Positions 8,581 through 18,783 are shown, counted from the first letter of the stretch. The stretch is 64,000 nucleotides of DNA from Solirubrobacterales bacterium (GCA_038327685.1 JBBQLH010000002.1:11147-75146), one strand, 5' to 3'. Notes: generated by a model from the sequence alone, not told the origin. Translations and numbers: made by a program.

Positions 8581-9310
8581 CGGTGAGCTTGCCCTCCATG
8601 CCGGCCTGGCGGTGACCGTCCACCGAGCAGAAGAACGTGTACTGGCCCGGCTTGAGGTTGGCGGTGATCTTCGAGACGGCCCCGTTCTTGACCACCGGGC
8701 CCTTCTGGCTCACGCCGTTGCCCTCGAGCGCGATGTTGTGGTCGGTCTGGGACTTGTTCGGCGAGTCGATCTCGAGCTGACCCGCCGGGGCGTTGGCGGA
8801 GGCGAACAGGTAGGCCGTGTTGCCGGAGGGGTCGGCGGGGATCTGGAGCTTGCCTCCCTGGGCGTTCGCCGCCTTGGTGGAGCGCTTCACGCCGACGGCT
8901 GCCAGCGCCCCCGTGTCCTTGCCCGTCTTGGCGACCGCGCCGGCGACGTAGGCGGCGACGTACCGCGCCTTCTCGCCCGTGTACAGCCCGGCGGGCATCT
9001 TGGGGCCGGCCTTGCCGGTGGCGGGATCGACCTGGGCGCTGCGCGCCGGGTGCAGGATCTGGCGCTCGACCACGCCCGCGAAGGTGCTCTGGCCGAAGCC
9101 CTCGCCGCGGGCGCGCTGGAAGGCCTCGTCGAGGTTCGGGCCGACCACGCCGGTGGTGCCGGCGCGCTTGAGGACGTGGCAGGAGCCGCATTTGGCGACG
9201 AACGCCGTCTTGCCGGCGACGAGGTTGTCACCGCTGTTCTTGAGCTGGCAGCCCGAGACGCCCACGAGCAGCGCGGCAGCGGCGGCGACGGCGACCTTTG
9301 CTCTCCCCAT
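8573..9310 (-). CDS. lipoprotein fusing a cytochrome c domain to a type-1 copper (cupredoxin) domain
   Basis: Lipobox LLVGVSGC, heme motif CGSCH, and C-terminal blue-copper ligand pattern H...C-x4-H-x4-M (FFCSVDGHRQAGM). Confidence 0.8.
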   Translation of the reverse strand: MGRAKVAVAAAAALLVGVSGCQLKNSGDNLVAGKTAFVAKCGSCHVLKRAGTTGVVGPNLDEAFQRARGEGFGQSTFAGVVERQILHPARSAQVDPATGKAGPKMPAGLYTGEKARYVAAYVAGAVAKTGKDTGALAAVGVKRSTKAANAQGGKLQIPADPSGNTAYLFASANAPAGQLEIDSPNKSQTDHNIALEGNGVSQKGPVVKNGAVSKITANLKPGQYTFFCSVDGHRQAGMEGKLTVK

Positions 9311-9331
9311 GAGTCGCGGAATCGTACTGGT

Positions 9332-10861
9332 TCAAGGGGAGGGCAGACCTTCGAGGCGGCCCTGCGCGGCCGCCAGCACGGTCCGCGCCACGCCCTCCCA
9401 CGAGTAGCGCTCGCGGGTGATGGCCACCATCGCCTCGCGAGCGGCGTCCCGGAGCTCCGCGGGCGCCTCCAGCCAGCCGGTCAGCGCCGCCGCCAGCTGC
9501 GGCACGGCCTGCGGGCCGAGATCGAACCCGAGCAGCGGCCGCGCCGCCTCGGGCACGGCGCCGCCGAGCGTCTCGGCGACCTCGCCGAGGCCCGAATGGC
9601 GCGCGACGACCGGCAGGGCCCCGGAGGCCGCCGCCTCGGCCGCGACCATGCCGAACGCCTCGGGGAAGGTGCTGGGCACGACCATCGCCTCGGCGGCGGG
9701 GAGCAGGTCGGCCAGCTCGTCGTGCTCGAGGCGCCCGACCCAGGTCACGCGCGCGGGCAGGGCGGCGGCGGCCTCGGCGTACTCGCCGGCCTCGGCCTCC
9801 CCGAGGCCGTCCAGGAACGCCTGCAGATGCTCGAGCGCCTCGCCGTGCTCGCCCTGCGTGGCGCGCGCCGCCGCGAGGTCGCCGCGCGCGAGGTCGGCCG
9901 CGAGCTGCTCGAGCCCCGCGCGGAAGCCTCCGAACCCCACCACGACGAGCCGCGCGTCGGGCACGCGGGCGAGCACGAGCGGCCAGGCGGCGAGCAGCAC
10001 CTCCATCCCCTTGGAGGCGATCAGCTTGCCCACGAAGACGACGAGGCGGTCGCGCTCGGGATCGAGGCCCGCCAGCGCGTCGGCGGCGGCCGCGGTGTCG
10101 CGGGCGAACGAGGATCCCTGCGTGCCCGCGCGCGCGGAGCGCACGCGCCCGACCAAGGTGCCGAGGCCCGCCCGCGCCGCGGCGGGCTCGCGCGGGCCGA
10201 ACTGCTCGATGTCGACGCCGGGCGGCCCGAGCCGGGTCCGGCGCTCGACCTCGGGATCGTCCATCGCCGCCCACAGGCTCTCGGCCGTATGGCGCGAGCC
10301 CACCAGCACGCCGCGAGCCGCCCACAGCCCCTCGCGCGCGTACGGGAGGAAGCGCGGGTGCGGCTTGACCGTGTACTCGAGCGCCGAGCCGTGGATCTTC
10401 ACGGCGTAGGGCACGTCGAGGCCCGCCAGCCCGCGCGCCACGACGACCGGGCCCATCACGAGGTGGTTGGCGAGCGCCACGTCGGGCCGCGCGCGCTCGG
10501 CGACCTCGCGCACCGCGGCGACGTTGCGCTCCAGGTAGCGGTCGAGCTCGGCGTCGGAGAGCTCGGGGAACGGGCGCGCCTCGATCCCGTCGTAGCGATC
10601 CGGGACGTAGACGGGCAGCAGGCCGCCGAGGTCGGGGCGGTAGACCGTGGCGCGCGCGGGCTCCGAGCGCGTCTCGAGCGCCAGCTCTCCCCCGTCCCAG
10701 TCGCCGGCGGCGTCGACCCACTCCTGCTCGAACGGCTCGCGGTCCTGGCAGAGCAGGTGGACCTCGTGGCCCGCGCGCACGAGCGCCGCCGCCAGCCGCG
10801 CGTTGTAGACGTTCGAGCCCGTGCCGCCCAGCAGGTAGCCGTGGAAGATCAGGACGCGCAC
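9332..10861 (-). CDS. family 4 glycosyltransferase
   Basis: Starts VRVLIFHGYLLGGTGSNVY. GT-B C-terminal E-x7-E-like region PSTFPEAFGMVAAEAAASG. GTG start chosen at 10861. Confidence 0.8.
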   Translation of the reverse strand: MRVLIFHGYLLGGTGSNVYNARLAAALVRAGHEVHLLCQDREPFEQEWVDAAGDWDGGELALETRSEPARATVYRPDLGGLLPVYVPDRYDGIEARPFPELSDAELDRYLERNVAAVREVAERARPDVALANHLVMGPVVVARGLAGLDVPYAVKIHGSALEYTVKPHPRFLPYAREGLWAARGVLVGSRHTAESLWAAMDDPEVERRTRLGPPGVDIEQFGPREPAAARAGLGTLVGRVRSARAGTQGSSFARDTAAAADALAGLDPERDRLVVFVGKLIASKGMEVLLAAWPLVLARVPDARLVVVGFGGFRAGLEQLAADLARGDLAAARATQGEHGEALEHLQAFLDGLGEAEAGEYAEAAAALPARVTWVGRLEHDELADLLPAAEAMVVPSTFPEAFGMVAAEAAASGALPVVARHSGLGEVAETLGGAVPEAARPLLGFDLGPQAVPQLAAALTGWLEAPAELRDAAREAMVAITRERYSWEGVARTVLAAAQGRLEGLPSP

Positions 10862-10947
10862 TGAGCGGACCCTAACCGCGAGACACTGCCTCGCCTGGCG
10901 GCCCGTCACCGGCTTCGCCTCGTCGGCCCTTGCTACTCTGGCGCCGC

Positions 10948-11211
10948 ATGGGCCAGAAGTATCGTCTTCGCACGCCCTCCACCGGCCGCGAGATCATCCG
11001 CGAGGCCGAGCCGGGGCAGACCTACGTCGACCGCGAGACGGGGGAGCCGCTCGAGGTCGTGGGACAGGTTCTGCCGCTCGCCCCGTCAAAGTCCCAGCTT
11101 CCATGGGCGACCGAGAACCTCCGCTTCTGCAACTGGTGCGACCAGCTCGCACAGAAGGACCTCAACGACTGCCCCGTCTGCGGCCGCCGGATGGCCGCGC
11201 TCCCGCGCTGA
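10948..11211 (+). CDS. small zinc-ribbon protein, function unknown
   Basis: 87 aa, GC3-rich. C-terminal CNWC-x10-CPVC. Confidence 0.5.
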   Translation: MGQKYRLRTPSTGREIIREAEPGQTYVDRETGEPLEVVGQVLPLAPSKSQLPWATENLRFCNWCDQLAQKDLNDCPVCGRRMAALPR

Positions 11212-11222
11212 TCTTCTCCGTC

Positions 11223-11612
11223 GTGCGCCGGCTCCGCTCTGCCCTTCTCCTGCCGCTTCTCGGCCTCGCGCTCGTCGCCCCGGGCTGCGGCGGGAGCGAC
11301 TCGGCCGTCCAGGAGGTCCCGGGGCCGCCGCCGGTGCTCACCGTGCCGCACCAGAAGGGCGCCGCCGACGTGTCGGCGTCGGCCACCCCGACCCCGACGC
11401 CGTCCGCCACGGGGACCGTGACCCCGACGCCGGCCGGCACCGGTGCCACGGGCTCGACCGGCACGACGGGCGCCACGGGCACGAACACGGGCGCGTCGGC
11501 GACGCCGGCGCCCGCCACGCAGGGCAGCCCGGCTGCCACCCAGGCGCCCACCACGGGCTCGCCACCCCAGAAGTTCGAGCAGTTCTGCCAGGAGAACGCC
11601 GGCGCCTGCTGA
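11223..11612 (+). CDS. Thr/Pro/Ala-rich lipoprotein, function unknown
   Basis: GTG start, signal peptide with lipobox LVAPGCGG, low-complexity TPTPS/TGATG tract, C-terminal FCQENAGAC. Confidence 0.55.
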   Translation: MRRLRSALLLPLLGLALVAPGCGGSDSAVQEVPGPPPVLTVPHQKGAADVSASATPTPTPSATGTVTPTPAGTGATGSTGTTGATGTNTGASATPAPATQGSPAATQAPTTGSPPQKFEQFCQENAGAC

Positions 11613-11667
11613 CGCGCACGCGATCAAGGGACATCGGCGGCCGGCCGATGCATCCGGGATCGCTCTC

Positions 11668-14247
11668 TTGCTCCCGACCACCCCTTCTCCGCTGAGCGCC
11701 GCCCATCGCCTCTCCGAGGCGCTGCTGGCCGCGCGGTCGCCCGAGCTCGTCGGCGAGGCGCTGATGGCCGCGGTGCAGACCTCGCTGGCGCCCGATGACG
11801 TCCATCTCGTCGAGGTCTCCCAGGACGGCGACGTCGCACACGGGACGGTCGATGGATCGCAGGCGCCGCCGTACCGCCAGTGGCTCGGCGCGCCTTCGCT
11901 CGTCTCCCGCGTCATCGCCTCGGGCGCGCCGGTCGCCGTACCCGACGCGCCCGGCGATCCGGCGATCCGGCAGGACCTGGTGGAGCGCTTCGCGGCCGCA
12001 TCGCTGCTCGGCGTCCCGGTGCGCTGGGGCGGCGCCGTCCGCTTCGTCGCGATCGTCATCTCGCGCGAGCGCCGCGTCTTCGGCGAGGACGAGGTCCGGG
12101 TGGCCGAGACCCTCGCCAACCAGGCCGCGGTCGCGCTGGCGCTGCTCGAGGCCGAGCGCAACCGCGTCGCACGGGCGGAGCAGAACGCCGCGCTGACGCG
12201 GGCGGCGATCTCGCTCAACGCCTCGCTGGAGCTGGTGGAGGTCCTCGAGACCCTCAGCCGCGAGGCCAACCTCGCCGTCGGCGGCTCGCTGGCCGGCGTC
12301 TACCTCGCCGACGGCGCGGGCGGCGGCGTGGCGACGGCGGGCCACAACACCCCGGACGACTGGAAGGGGATCGTGATGCCCCACGGCGAGGGCATCGCCG
12401 GCCGTGTGCTGAAGACGGGGCGCGCCTTCGTGACCAACGCGTATCAGGACGACGTCAAGCGCTCGCCGCACCCGGCGCTGCGCAGGCTCAAGACCGCCGT
12501 GGGCGTGCCGATGGCATGGAACGGCGAGCTCAAGGGCGCGCTCTCGGTCGGCTTCTCGGAGATGCGGTGGGTCACGGATGACGACCTGCGCACCCTCGAG
12601 GCCATCGCCGCCCTGGCGGTCGCAGCCTGCCGCAACGCGGAGGCCTACGAACAGGCCACGCATGCCGCCGTGACGGACACGCTCACCGGCCTGCTCAACC
12701 ACGGCGCCCTGTACCTGCAGGTGCGCGTGGAGATCTCACGCGCCCGCCGCACCGGCGCGCCGCTGGCCTGCCTGCTGCTCGACCTCGACGACTTCAAGGC
12801 CATCAACGACGAGCACGGCCATCAGGCCGGGGACGGCGTCCTGCGCAAGGTGGCCACGGCGTTCCGCAGCCAGCTGCGCGACCACGACGTCGCAGCTCGC
12901 TACGGCGGCGACGAATTCGTGCTCCTGCTGCCGGATACCGACGCCGCCGCCGGGCGCGTCGTGGCCGACCGGATCGCCGCCGCTTCACCGGTCGCCTGCT
13001 CGATCGGCCTCGCGCAGTGGGAGGAGCCGCTGTCGGCCGACGAGCTGATCGGTCGGGCCGATCGCGCGCTGCTGCTGGCCAAGCGCGGGGGCAAGCACCG
13101 CGTGGAGGTGGCCGGCGCCGACATCGAGGAAGAGCTGGAGCTGATGGAGCTCCGCGTCGGCTCGCCGGCCGCCACGCTGCGCGAGTTCTGGGAGATGGTC
13201 GCCCGTGCCGAGTCGGCGCGCGACGCGCTCCTCACGCTGCCCTCGTTCCTGCGCCGGGTGACGGGCGCCGAGGAGGTCGCGCTGTATGAGCTCGAGGACA
13301 GCGGCGACGTCGTCCGCACGACCTTCGCCCGCCCGCCCGGGGACCCGCGGGCGCGGATCTTCACCCGCGCGCGGATCGCCGCGGGCCCCGCGCTCGAGCC
13401 GCGGCTGGCGCTCGGCGCCATCACGCGGCCGTCGCTGGCGGTGCTGCTGGCCGCACTCGACCTCAAGAGCACGCCTCGCGACCGGGGTACCGCCGTGGGC
13501 TCCTTCGCCGCCTTCCCGCTGCTGCACGCCGGTCGCCCGCAGGGTCTGATCATCATGCGCGCGCAGCGCGACATGTCTTCCGAGCGCGTGCACCTGATCG
13601 CGGGGCTGGCCCGCCAGACGATGGCCATCTTCGCCGCCCGTCCCGAGAACGGGTCGCCCGCCGCGGTGCAGGCGCTGGCGGCCGCGATCGAGGCGCGCGA
13701 CAACTACACCCACGCCCACTCCGAGCAGGTCGTCTCGCTCGCCACGGACGTCGCCCGCCTGCTCGGCCTCTCGCCCGCCGAGGTCGAGCCCGTGCGCCAC
13801 GGCGCGCTGCTGCATGACGTGGGCAAGCTGGCGATCCCGAACGAGATCCTCCACAAGCCCGGACCGCTGACGCCCGACGAATGGGTGGTGATGGCCGAGC
13901 ACCCCGTGATCGGCGAGCGGATCCTCCAGCGCACGCCGCAGCTCGGGCACCTGGCCCCGATCGTCCGCCACGAGCACGAGCGCTGGGACGGCGGCGGCTA
14001 CCCCGACGGTCTCGCCGGCAGGGCGATCCCGGTGGCGTCGCGGATCATCCTCGCCTGCGACGCCTACAACGCGATGATCACCACGCGGCCCTACCGCGAG
14101 GCGATGTCGTCCGCCGACGCGATGGAGGAGCTGCGCGCCAAGTCGGGCGCCCAGTTCGACCCGCTGGTGGTCGAGGCGCTGCTCGAGCTCCTCGGCGCGG
14201 TCAGCGCTTTGCGGGCTTCGCCGGCTTCGGTGGTTTCGGCGTCGTGA
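11668..14247 (+). CDS. multidomain c-di-GMP enzyme: GAF-GAF-GGDEF-GAF-HD-GYP
   Basis: GGDEF motif RYGGDEF with RxxD (RDHD) five residues upstream. HD-GYP motifs HDVGK and HEHERWDGGGYP. Start is uncertain (TTG 11668 or ATG 11764). Confidence 0.85.
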   Translation: MLPTTPSPLSAAHRLSEALLAARSPELVGEALMAAVQTSLAPDDVHLVEVSQDGDVAHGTVDGSQAPPYRQWLGAPSLVSRVIASGAPVAVPDAPGDPAIRQDLVERFAAASLLGVPVRWGGAVRFVAIVISRERRVFGEDEVRVAETLANQAAVALALLEAERNRVARAEQNAALTRAAISLNASLELVEVLETLSREANLAVGGSLAGVYLADGAGGGVATAGHNTPDDWKGIVMPHGEGIAGRVLKTGRAFVTNAYQDDVKRSPHPALRRLKTAVGVPMAWNGELKGALSVGFSEMRWVTDDDLRTLEAIAALAVAACRNAEAYEQATHAAVTDTLTGLLNHGALYLQVRVEISRARRTGAPLACLLLDLDDFKAINDEHGHQAGDGVLRKVATAFRSQLRDHDVAARYGGDEFVLLLPDTDAAAGRVVADRIAAASPVACSIGLAQWEEPLSADELIGRADRALLLAKRGGKHRVEVAGADIEEELELMELRVGSPAATLREFWEMVARAESARDALLTLPSFLRRVTGAEEVALYELEDSGDVVRTTFARPPGDPRARIFTRARIAAGPALEPRLALGAITRPSLAVLLAALDLKSTPRDRGTAVGSFAAFPLLHAGRPQGLIIMRAQRDMSSERVHLIAGLARQTMAIFAARPENGSPAAVQALAAAIEARDNYTHAHSEQVVSLATDVARLLGLSPAEVEPVRHGALLHDVGKLAIPNEILHKPGPLTPDEWVVMAEHPVIGERILQRTPQLGHLAPIVRHEHERWDGGGYPDGLAGRAIPVASRIILACDAYNAMITTRPYREAMSSADAMEELRAKSGAQFDPLVVEALLELLGAVSALRASPASVVSAS

Positions 14248-14893
14248 TCAGCGTCGCCGTGTAGGTCAGACGCGCCGTGCGATAGAGGCAGCGGTACTGC
14301 GCGAGGTCCGCGAGGTCGAGCTGGGCGGACTGGATGCCGGGCTCCTGGCAGCCGTTGCGCGCACGGCTCGCGCGCCACGACGTGTCGTTGCCCAGGCCGA
14401 GCGCGAGCGCCGGGACCCAGCTCGGCACGGTCAGCGCGATCAGGTAGCCCTTGTGGACGTTGAGCGCGCGGCCGAGCGGGAACTGCACGGTCGTCCCGAA
14501 GTACGGCTGGAGGCTCTGGATCGCGCTGCGGCCCGTGACGCGGCCGAACAGCTTCGTGCCGGTCTTGAGCACCGAGATGCCGGCCTGCGACGCGCCGCCG
14601 TAGTTCTGGTTGAAGAAGCGGACCTGGCGCGGGCCCGGCGTGCCGAGCGTGATCGTCCAGGCGACGATCTTGCCATCCGCAGGCGCCTGCATGAGCCCGC
14701 GCTGGGCGCCGACCTTGGCTTGATAGCCCGTGGTGCGGGACACGGCCTGGCAGGGGTTGGCCGGGCACGACGGCGCGGTCGGCTGCGCCGTCTGGCCGAT
14801 CTCGATGATCCGGGCCGACGCGGGCACCGCGGGCACACCCGCGACCGCGGCCGCGGCGAGCACGGCGAGGACTCCCTTGTGGGTCGGGCGCAT
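14201..14893 (-). CDS. secreted Cys-containing protein, function unknown
   Basis: Signal peptide MRPTHKGVLAVLAAAAVAGVPAVPASA and a Lys/Pro-rich tail. Overlaps the 3' end of the GGDEF gene by 47 nt. Confidence 0.6.
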   Translation of the reverse strand: MRPTHKGVLAVLAAAAVAGVPAVPASARIIEIGQTAQPTAPSCPANPCQAVSRTTGYQAKVGAQRGLMQAPADGKIVAWTITLGTPGPRQVRFFNQNYGGASQAGISVLKTGTKLFGRVTGRSAIQSLQPYFGTTVQFPLGRALNVHKGYLIALTVPSWVPALALGLGNDTSWRASRARNGCQEPGIQSAQLDLADLAQYRCLYRTARLTYTATLITTPKPPKPAKPAKR

Positions 14894-14937
14894 TCCGGCA
14901 TTGAACACGACGGGCTCGCCCGGGTTGCGGGCGCCCC

Positions 14938-15141
14938 TCAGAGCTTGGCTACGTTGACCGCCTTCGGGCCCTTGTCGCCCTGCTCCTCGTCGTAGGAGAC
15001 CTTCGTGCCCTCCGCGAGCGACCGATACCCGTCACCCGTGATGCCGGAGAAATGGACGAACAGGTCGCGGCCACCCTCATCCGGGGTGATGAACCCGAAG
15101 CCCTTGTCGTCGCTGAACCACTTGACCGTCCCGGTGCCCAT
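14938..15141 (-). CDS. cspA: cold-shock protein
   Basis: 67 aa. RNP1/RNP2 motifs KGFGFI and VHFS. Confidence 0.95.
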   Translation of the reverse strand: MGTGTVKWFSDDKGFGFITPDEGGRDLFVHFSGITGDGYRSLAEGTKVSYDEEQGDKGPKAVNVAKL

Positions 15142-15208
15142 TCGTGCCTCTACCTCGCTGGCTGCACCCTTCGACCGGCCGGACCGACCAGTCCTGACGC
15201 TGACAACG

Positions 15209-15796
15209 CTAACCGGACGGAGCAGTGCTGCGCAAGGTGAGATTTCCGGTCGCGGGAGCGTCCGGCGCCGTGTCGCGGCAACCGAGCGGCCGCGGGCACC
15301 GGGCGGCCCGTGTGACGGCCTCGGCGGCGAAGCGCACGCTCGCCGGGCGGTCGATCGCCGACTGGGGGAAGCGGAGGTAGACGGTGCGGGCGGTCGGGCG
15401 CGTCACGGTCACCGTGGCGACCTCCCGCGGCAACCCGTTGGCGCGGTCGCGCAGCACGCGGCCGTGGAGCTCGTCGCCCTCCTTGGGAGGGGTCGCGCAG
15501 ACGAGCCAGTCGGGCGGATCGACGCCCGGCTCGCGGGCCGTGGAGAGCGTCAGGCAGATCGAGCCCGACTGGCCCGTGGCGGAGCGCAGGTCGGCCGTGG
15601 TCCACGCCTTCTCCATCGTGACCTCGCCGCGCAGGCGCCCGTCGGTGCCGCGCGACATCGCGACGCGGACGATGTCGAGCGGGCCGCGCCCGTCCATGGC
15701 CGAGTCCTTGCGGAACGTCGGGATGACCTGCGCCGACGCGATCGGCGCCAGGGCGCCGAGCACGACCAGGCCCGCCACGGCGCGACGCATCCTCAC
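15209..15796 (-). CDS. secreted protein, function unknown
   Basis: Signal peptide [24 protein letters not shown]3-rich frame. Confidence 0.6.
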   Translation of the reverse strand: MRMRRAVAGLVVLGALAPIASAQVIPTFRKDSAMDGRGPLDIVRVAMSRGTDGRLRGEVTMEKAWTTADLRSATGQSGSICLTLSTAREPGVDPPDWLVCATPPKEGDELHGRVLRDRANGLPREVATVTVTRPTARTVYLRFPQSAIDRPASVRFAAEAVTRAARCPRPLGCRDTAPDAPATGNLTLRSTAPSG

Positions 15797-15809
15797 CAGT
15801 GGGCCTCCA

Positions 15810-16223
15810 CTACGCGCCGAGCTCCTCGGCGGCGGCCGCGATCGCGTCGCGGTCGCCGGGCTCGGGCTGCCAGGGCAGGCGCAGGGGATCGTTGTCGTAG
15901 CGCGGGATCACGTGCAGGTGGAAGTGGAACACGGTCTGCCAGGCGACCTTGCCGGTCGAGTTGAGGAGGTTCACGCCGTCGGCGCCGAGCTGGTCGCGCA
16001 CGCGGCCGGCGAGGCCCTTGGCGGCCACGACGACGGCCTTCAGGTCCTCCGGGTCGATCGAGTGCACGTCCGCGGCGTGCTCGCGCGGGATCACGAGCAG
16101 GTGACCGCGGGTCGCGGGGTTGATGTCCATGAACGCGATCGTGCGCTCGTCCTCGTGGACGCGCGTGGCGGGCACCTCGCCCGCCACGATCTTGCAGAAC
16201 AGACAATCCGGGTCCGCGGCCAT
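15810..16223 (-). CDS. HIT-family nucleotide hydrolase/transferase
   Basis: CLFCKI N-terminus and histidine triad HFHLHVIP. Alternative start at 16244. Confidence 0.88.
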   Translation of the reverse strand: MAADPDCLFCKIVAGEVPATRVHEDERTIAFMDINPATRGHLLVIPREHAADVHSIDPEDLKAVVVAAKGLAGRVRDQLGADGVNLLNSTGKVAWQTVFHFHLHVIPRYDNDPLRLPWQPEPGDRDAIAAAAEELGA

Positions 16224-16259
16224 CGCCGCCGCAGGGTACTCCAATACCCTCAGCGCGCC

Positions 16260-17426
16260 ATGGAGCCGGATCTCGCCCGCCTACGCGCCACCGTCGAGCA
16301 CCTCGCGGGCTTCGACCGGCCGTCCGCCTCGGAGGGCGAGCAGCAGGCGGCGGAGTGGATCCGCGCGCAACTGGAGGCGCTCGGCGTCCTCGCGCGCGTC
16401 GAGGAGGAGCCCGCGGTCGGCTCGATGGCGCTCCCGCTGGGGCTGCTGTCGACCGGGGGCTTCGCCGCGGGCCTCGGCGGGCGGCGCACCGCGCTGCTCG
16501 GGCTGCTGGCGGCTGCCGGGATCGTCGACGACGTCTCCGGCGGGCCGCATCTCTTCCGCCGGCTCCTCCCCCACCGCTCGACCTTCAACGTCACCGGCAC
16601 CGCCGGCGACCCGGACGCCGCTGAGACGCTCGTCTTCGTCGCCCACCACGACGCGGCCAACGGCGGCGTGATCTTCCGCCCCGAGCTGACCCGGCTCGTG
16701 GCCGACACCTTCCCGGGCTGGTACGCGCGCCAGCACACGTCGCCGCAGATGCTGCGGCTGGTGGCGGCCGGCCCCGCGCTCGCCGGCCTCGGCGCGCTGA
16801 CCGGGTGGCGGGCGCTGCGCAAGCTCGGCGCGTTCATCTCCGCGAGCAGCATGGTGGCCTTCTTCGACATCGGCACCCGCACCGTCGTCCCGGGCGCGAA
16901 CGACAACCTCACCGCCGTCGCGGTCATCCTCGAGCTCGCCCGGATGCTGCGCGAGGAGCCGGTCCAGGGCGTGCGCGTGCTGCTCGTCTCGACCGGCTCG
17001 GAGGAGTCGTTCATGGAGGGAATGCGCGGCTGGGTCCGCCGCCACGGCCCGGAGCTCGACCCGGCCCGCACCCGCGTGGTGGTGCTGGAGACGCTGGGCT
17101 CGCCGGAGCTGATCCTGCTCGAGGGCGAGGGGATGATCTGGATGAACGACTACGACGCCGGCGTGCGCGACCTGATCGCCGACAGCGCGCGGCGCGCCGG
17201 CGTGGCGCTGCGCCGCGGCCTGCGCCTCGGCTTCGCCACCGACGCGCTGTCGGCGCTGCGCGGCGGGCTGCGCGCGGCCACGCTCGCCTCCTGCGACGAG
17301 TACAAGATGCCGTCCAACTACCACTCGCAGCGCGACATCCCGCGCAACGTCGACTTCGGCACGGTGGCGGCGGCCGCGCGCGTCGCCGAGGCCGCGATCA
17401 GGTCAGCAGCGAGCGGGCGAGCCTGA
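16260..17426 (+). CDS. M28-family metallopeptidase with membrane segments
   Basis: FVAHHDA, GANDNLTAVAVILE and STGSEESFMEGM match M28 zinc-ligand regions. The ORF-track start at 15384 is a spurious extension. Confidence 0.75.
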   Translation: MEPDLARLRATVEHLAGFDRPSASEGEQQAAEWIRAQLEALGVLARVEEEPAVGSMALPLGLLSTGGFAAGLGGRRTALLGLLAAAGIVDDVSGGPHLFRRLLPHRSTFNVTGTAGDPDAAETLVFVAHHDAANGGVIFRPELTRLVADTFPGWYARQHTSPQMLRLVAAGPALAGLGALTGWRALRKLGAFISASSMVAFFDIGTRTVVPGANDNLTAVAVILELARMLREEPVQGVRVLLVSTGSEESFMEGMRGWVRRHGPELDPARTRVVVLETLGSPELILLEGEGMIWMNDYDAGVRDLIADSARRAGVALRRGLRLGFATDALSALRGGLRAATLASCDEYKMPSNYHSQRDIPRNVDFGTVAAAARVAEAAIRSAASGRA

Positions 17427-18783
17427 CCGCGTCCTCGCGGGTGGCGATCTCCCCGGCGTAGCGGGCCTCCTCGAGCGCGTCGAGGAGGGCGCCGAGCCGG
17501 GGACCGGGCTCGATCCCGAGCGCCGCCGCGAGCTCGTCGCCGCGCACCAGCGGCGCGGGCCGCGGGCCGGCACGGCGCGCGAGGGCGGGCCCGAGCATCT
17601 CGCGCGCAAGCTCGAGGTGCGCCGCGATCGCCGGCTCGGCGTTGCGCCCGCGGGTGGCGAGGCGGTCGGCGACCGTGAAGACGGTCACGTCGGCCGCGTA
17701 GGGCTCCGTCGCGGCCAGGTAGCGCCAGATCGCGCGCCGCGACAGCGGCCGCTCGTGGACGAGGAATCCGAGCCGCAGATGGTGCAGTGTCAGCGCGGCG
17801 ACATAGTCGGCGACGCGCTGGGAGGCGCGCAGCCGCCGCAGCACGCTGCGCGCCAGCTCGGCGCCCTCGGAGTCGTGGCCGACGAACGTCACGCGGCCGT
17901 CTGGCCGGTAGCCGCGCGTCGCCGGCTTGGCCGCGTCGTGCAGCAGCGCGGCGAAGCGCATGGCGTCGCCGCGGCTGAGGTCATCGCCGAGCGGCTCGGC
18001 CAGCAGCGCGCTCACCGCTCCGGCGTGCTCGCCGAGCGCCTCGGCGCCGGCCTGCAGCTCCGCCACCGCGTCGAGCACCTCGAGCGTGTGGCCGTGGACG
18101 TCGCGGTGGTGGAAGACGTTCTGCTCGACGCCGCGCAGCGCGGCGAGCTCCGGCAGCACGACGGCGGCGACGCCCAGGTCCTCGGCCAGGATCAGGCCGG
18201 CGGCGGCGCGCTCGGCGCCGACGATCCGCTTGAGCTCGGCGAACACGCGCTCGGGGGCCACCCCGGCGAGCCCGGGAGCGTGCTCGCGCACCGCCGCGCG
18301 CGTCTCCGACTCGAGCTCGAGATCGAGCTCGACCGCAAGGCGCGCCGCGCGCAGGGTCCGCAGGGGGTCGTCGGCGAGTGCCGCCGCCGAGACCATCCGC
18401 AACCGCCGCGCGTCCAGATCGGCCCGGCCGCCGTGGGGGTCGAGCAGCTCGCCGCCCGCGAGCGGCTCGGCCATGGCGTTGACGGTGAAGTCGCGGGCGG
18501 CGAGGTCGGCGGCAAGGTCGCCGTCGCGCAGGCGCACGAGATCGACGTTCCAGACGCCGCCCCGCCCGACCACCCGCCACGCCCCGAACGCGCTCGAGAG
18601 CTCGAACGCCGTCCCACCCGCCGCCCGCGCGATCGCGCCGGCGGCCGCGCGCGGGTCGCCCGCGACCGCGACGTCGAAGTCGCTGGTCGCGCGCCCGAGC
18701 AGCCGGTCGCGCAGCGCGCCGCCGACCAGCCAGGCCGGCTCCCCGGCGAGCGCCGCGCGGGCGGTCGCGAGCGGCTCCGTCAT
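17398..18783 (-). CDS. cca: CCA-adding tRNA nucleotidyltransferase with HD domain
   Basis: GGALRDRLLGR...DFDV polymerase-beta motif, RDFTVNA, and a downstream HD region (HHRDVHGHT). Confidence 0.85.
   Translation of the reverse strand: MTEPLATARAALAGEPAWLVGGALRDRLLGRATSDFDVAVAGDPRAAAGAIARAAGGTAFELSSAFGAWRVVGRGGVWNVDLVRLRDGDLAADLAARDFTVNAMAEPLAGGELLDPHGGRADLDARRLRMVSAAALADDPLRTLRAARLAVELDLELESETRAAVREHAPGLAGVAPERVFAELKRIVGAERAAAGLILAEDLGVAAVVLPELAALRGVEQNVFHHRDVHGHTLEVLDAVAELQAGAEALGEHAGAVSALLAEPLGDDLSRGDAMRFAALLHDAAKPATRGYRPDGRVTFVGHDSEGAELARSVLRRLRASQRVADYVAALTLHHLRLGFLVHERPLSRRAIWRYLAATEPYAADVTVFTVADRLATRGRNAEPAIAAHLELAREMLGPALARRAGPRPAPLVRGDELAAALGIEPGPRLGALLDALEEARYAGEIATREDAVRLARSLLT

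Noticed and set aside
8612-10864. 750-aa plus-strand ORF
   Set aside because: Antisense to the cytochrome c/cupredoxin gene and the GT4 gene. Low-complexity R/G/A/E composition; shadow ORF.
14909-14937. Short hairpin cgcccg-ggttg-cgggcg after cspA, considered as a terminator
   Set aside because: The stem is only 6 bp, there is no U-tract, and it sits directly against the next gene start. Too weak to call.
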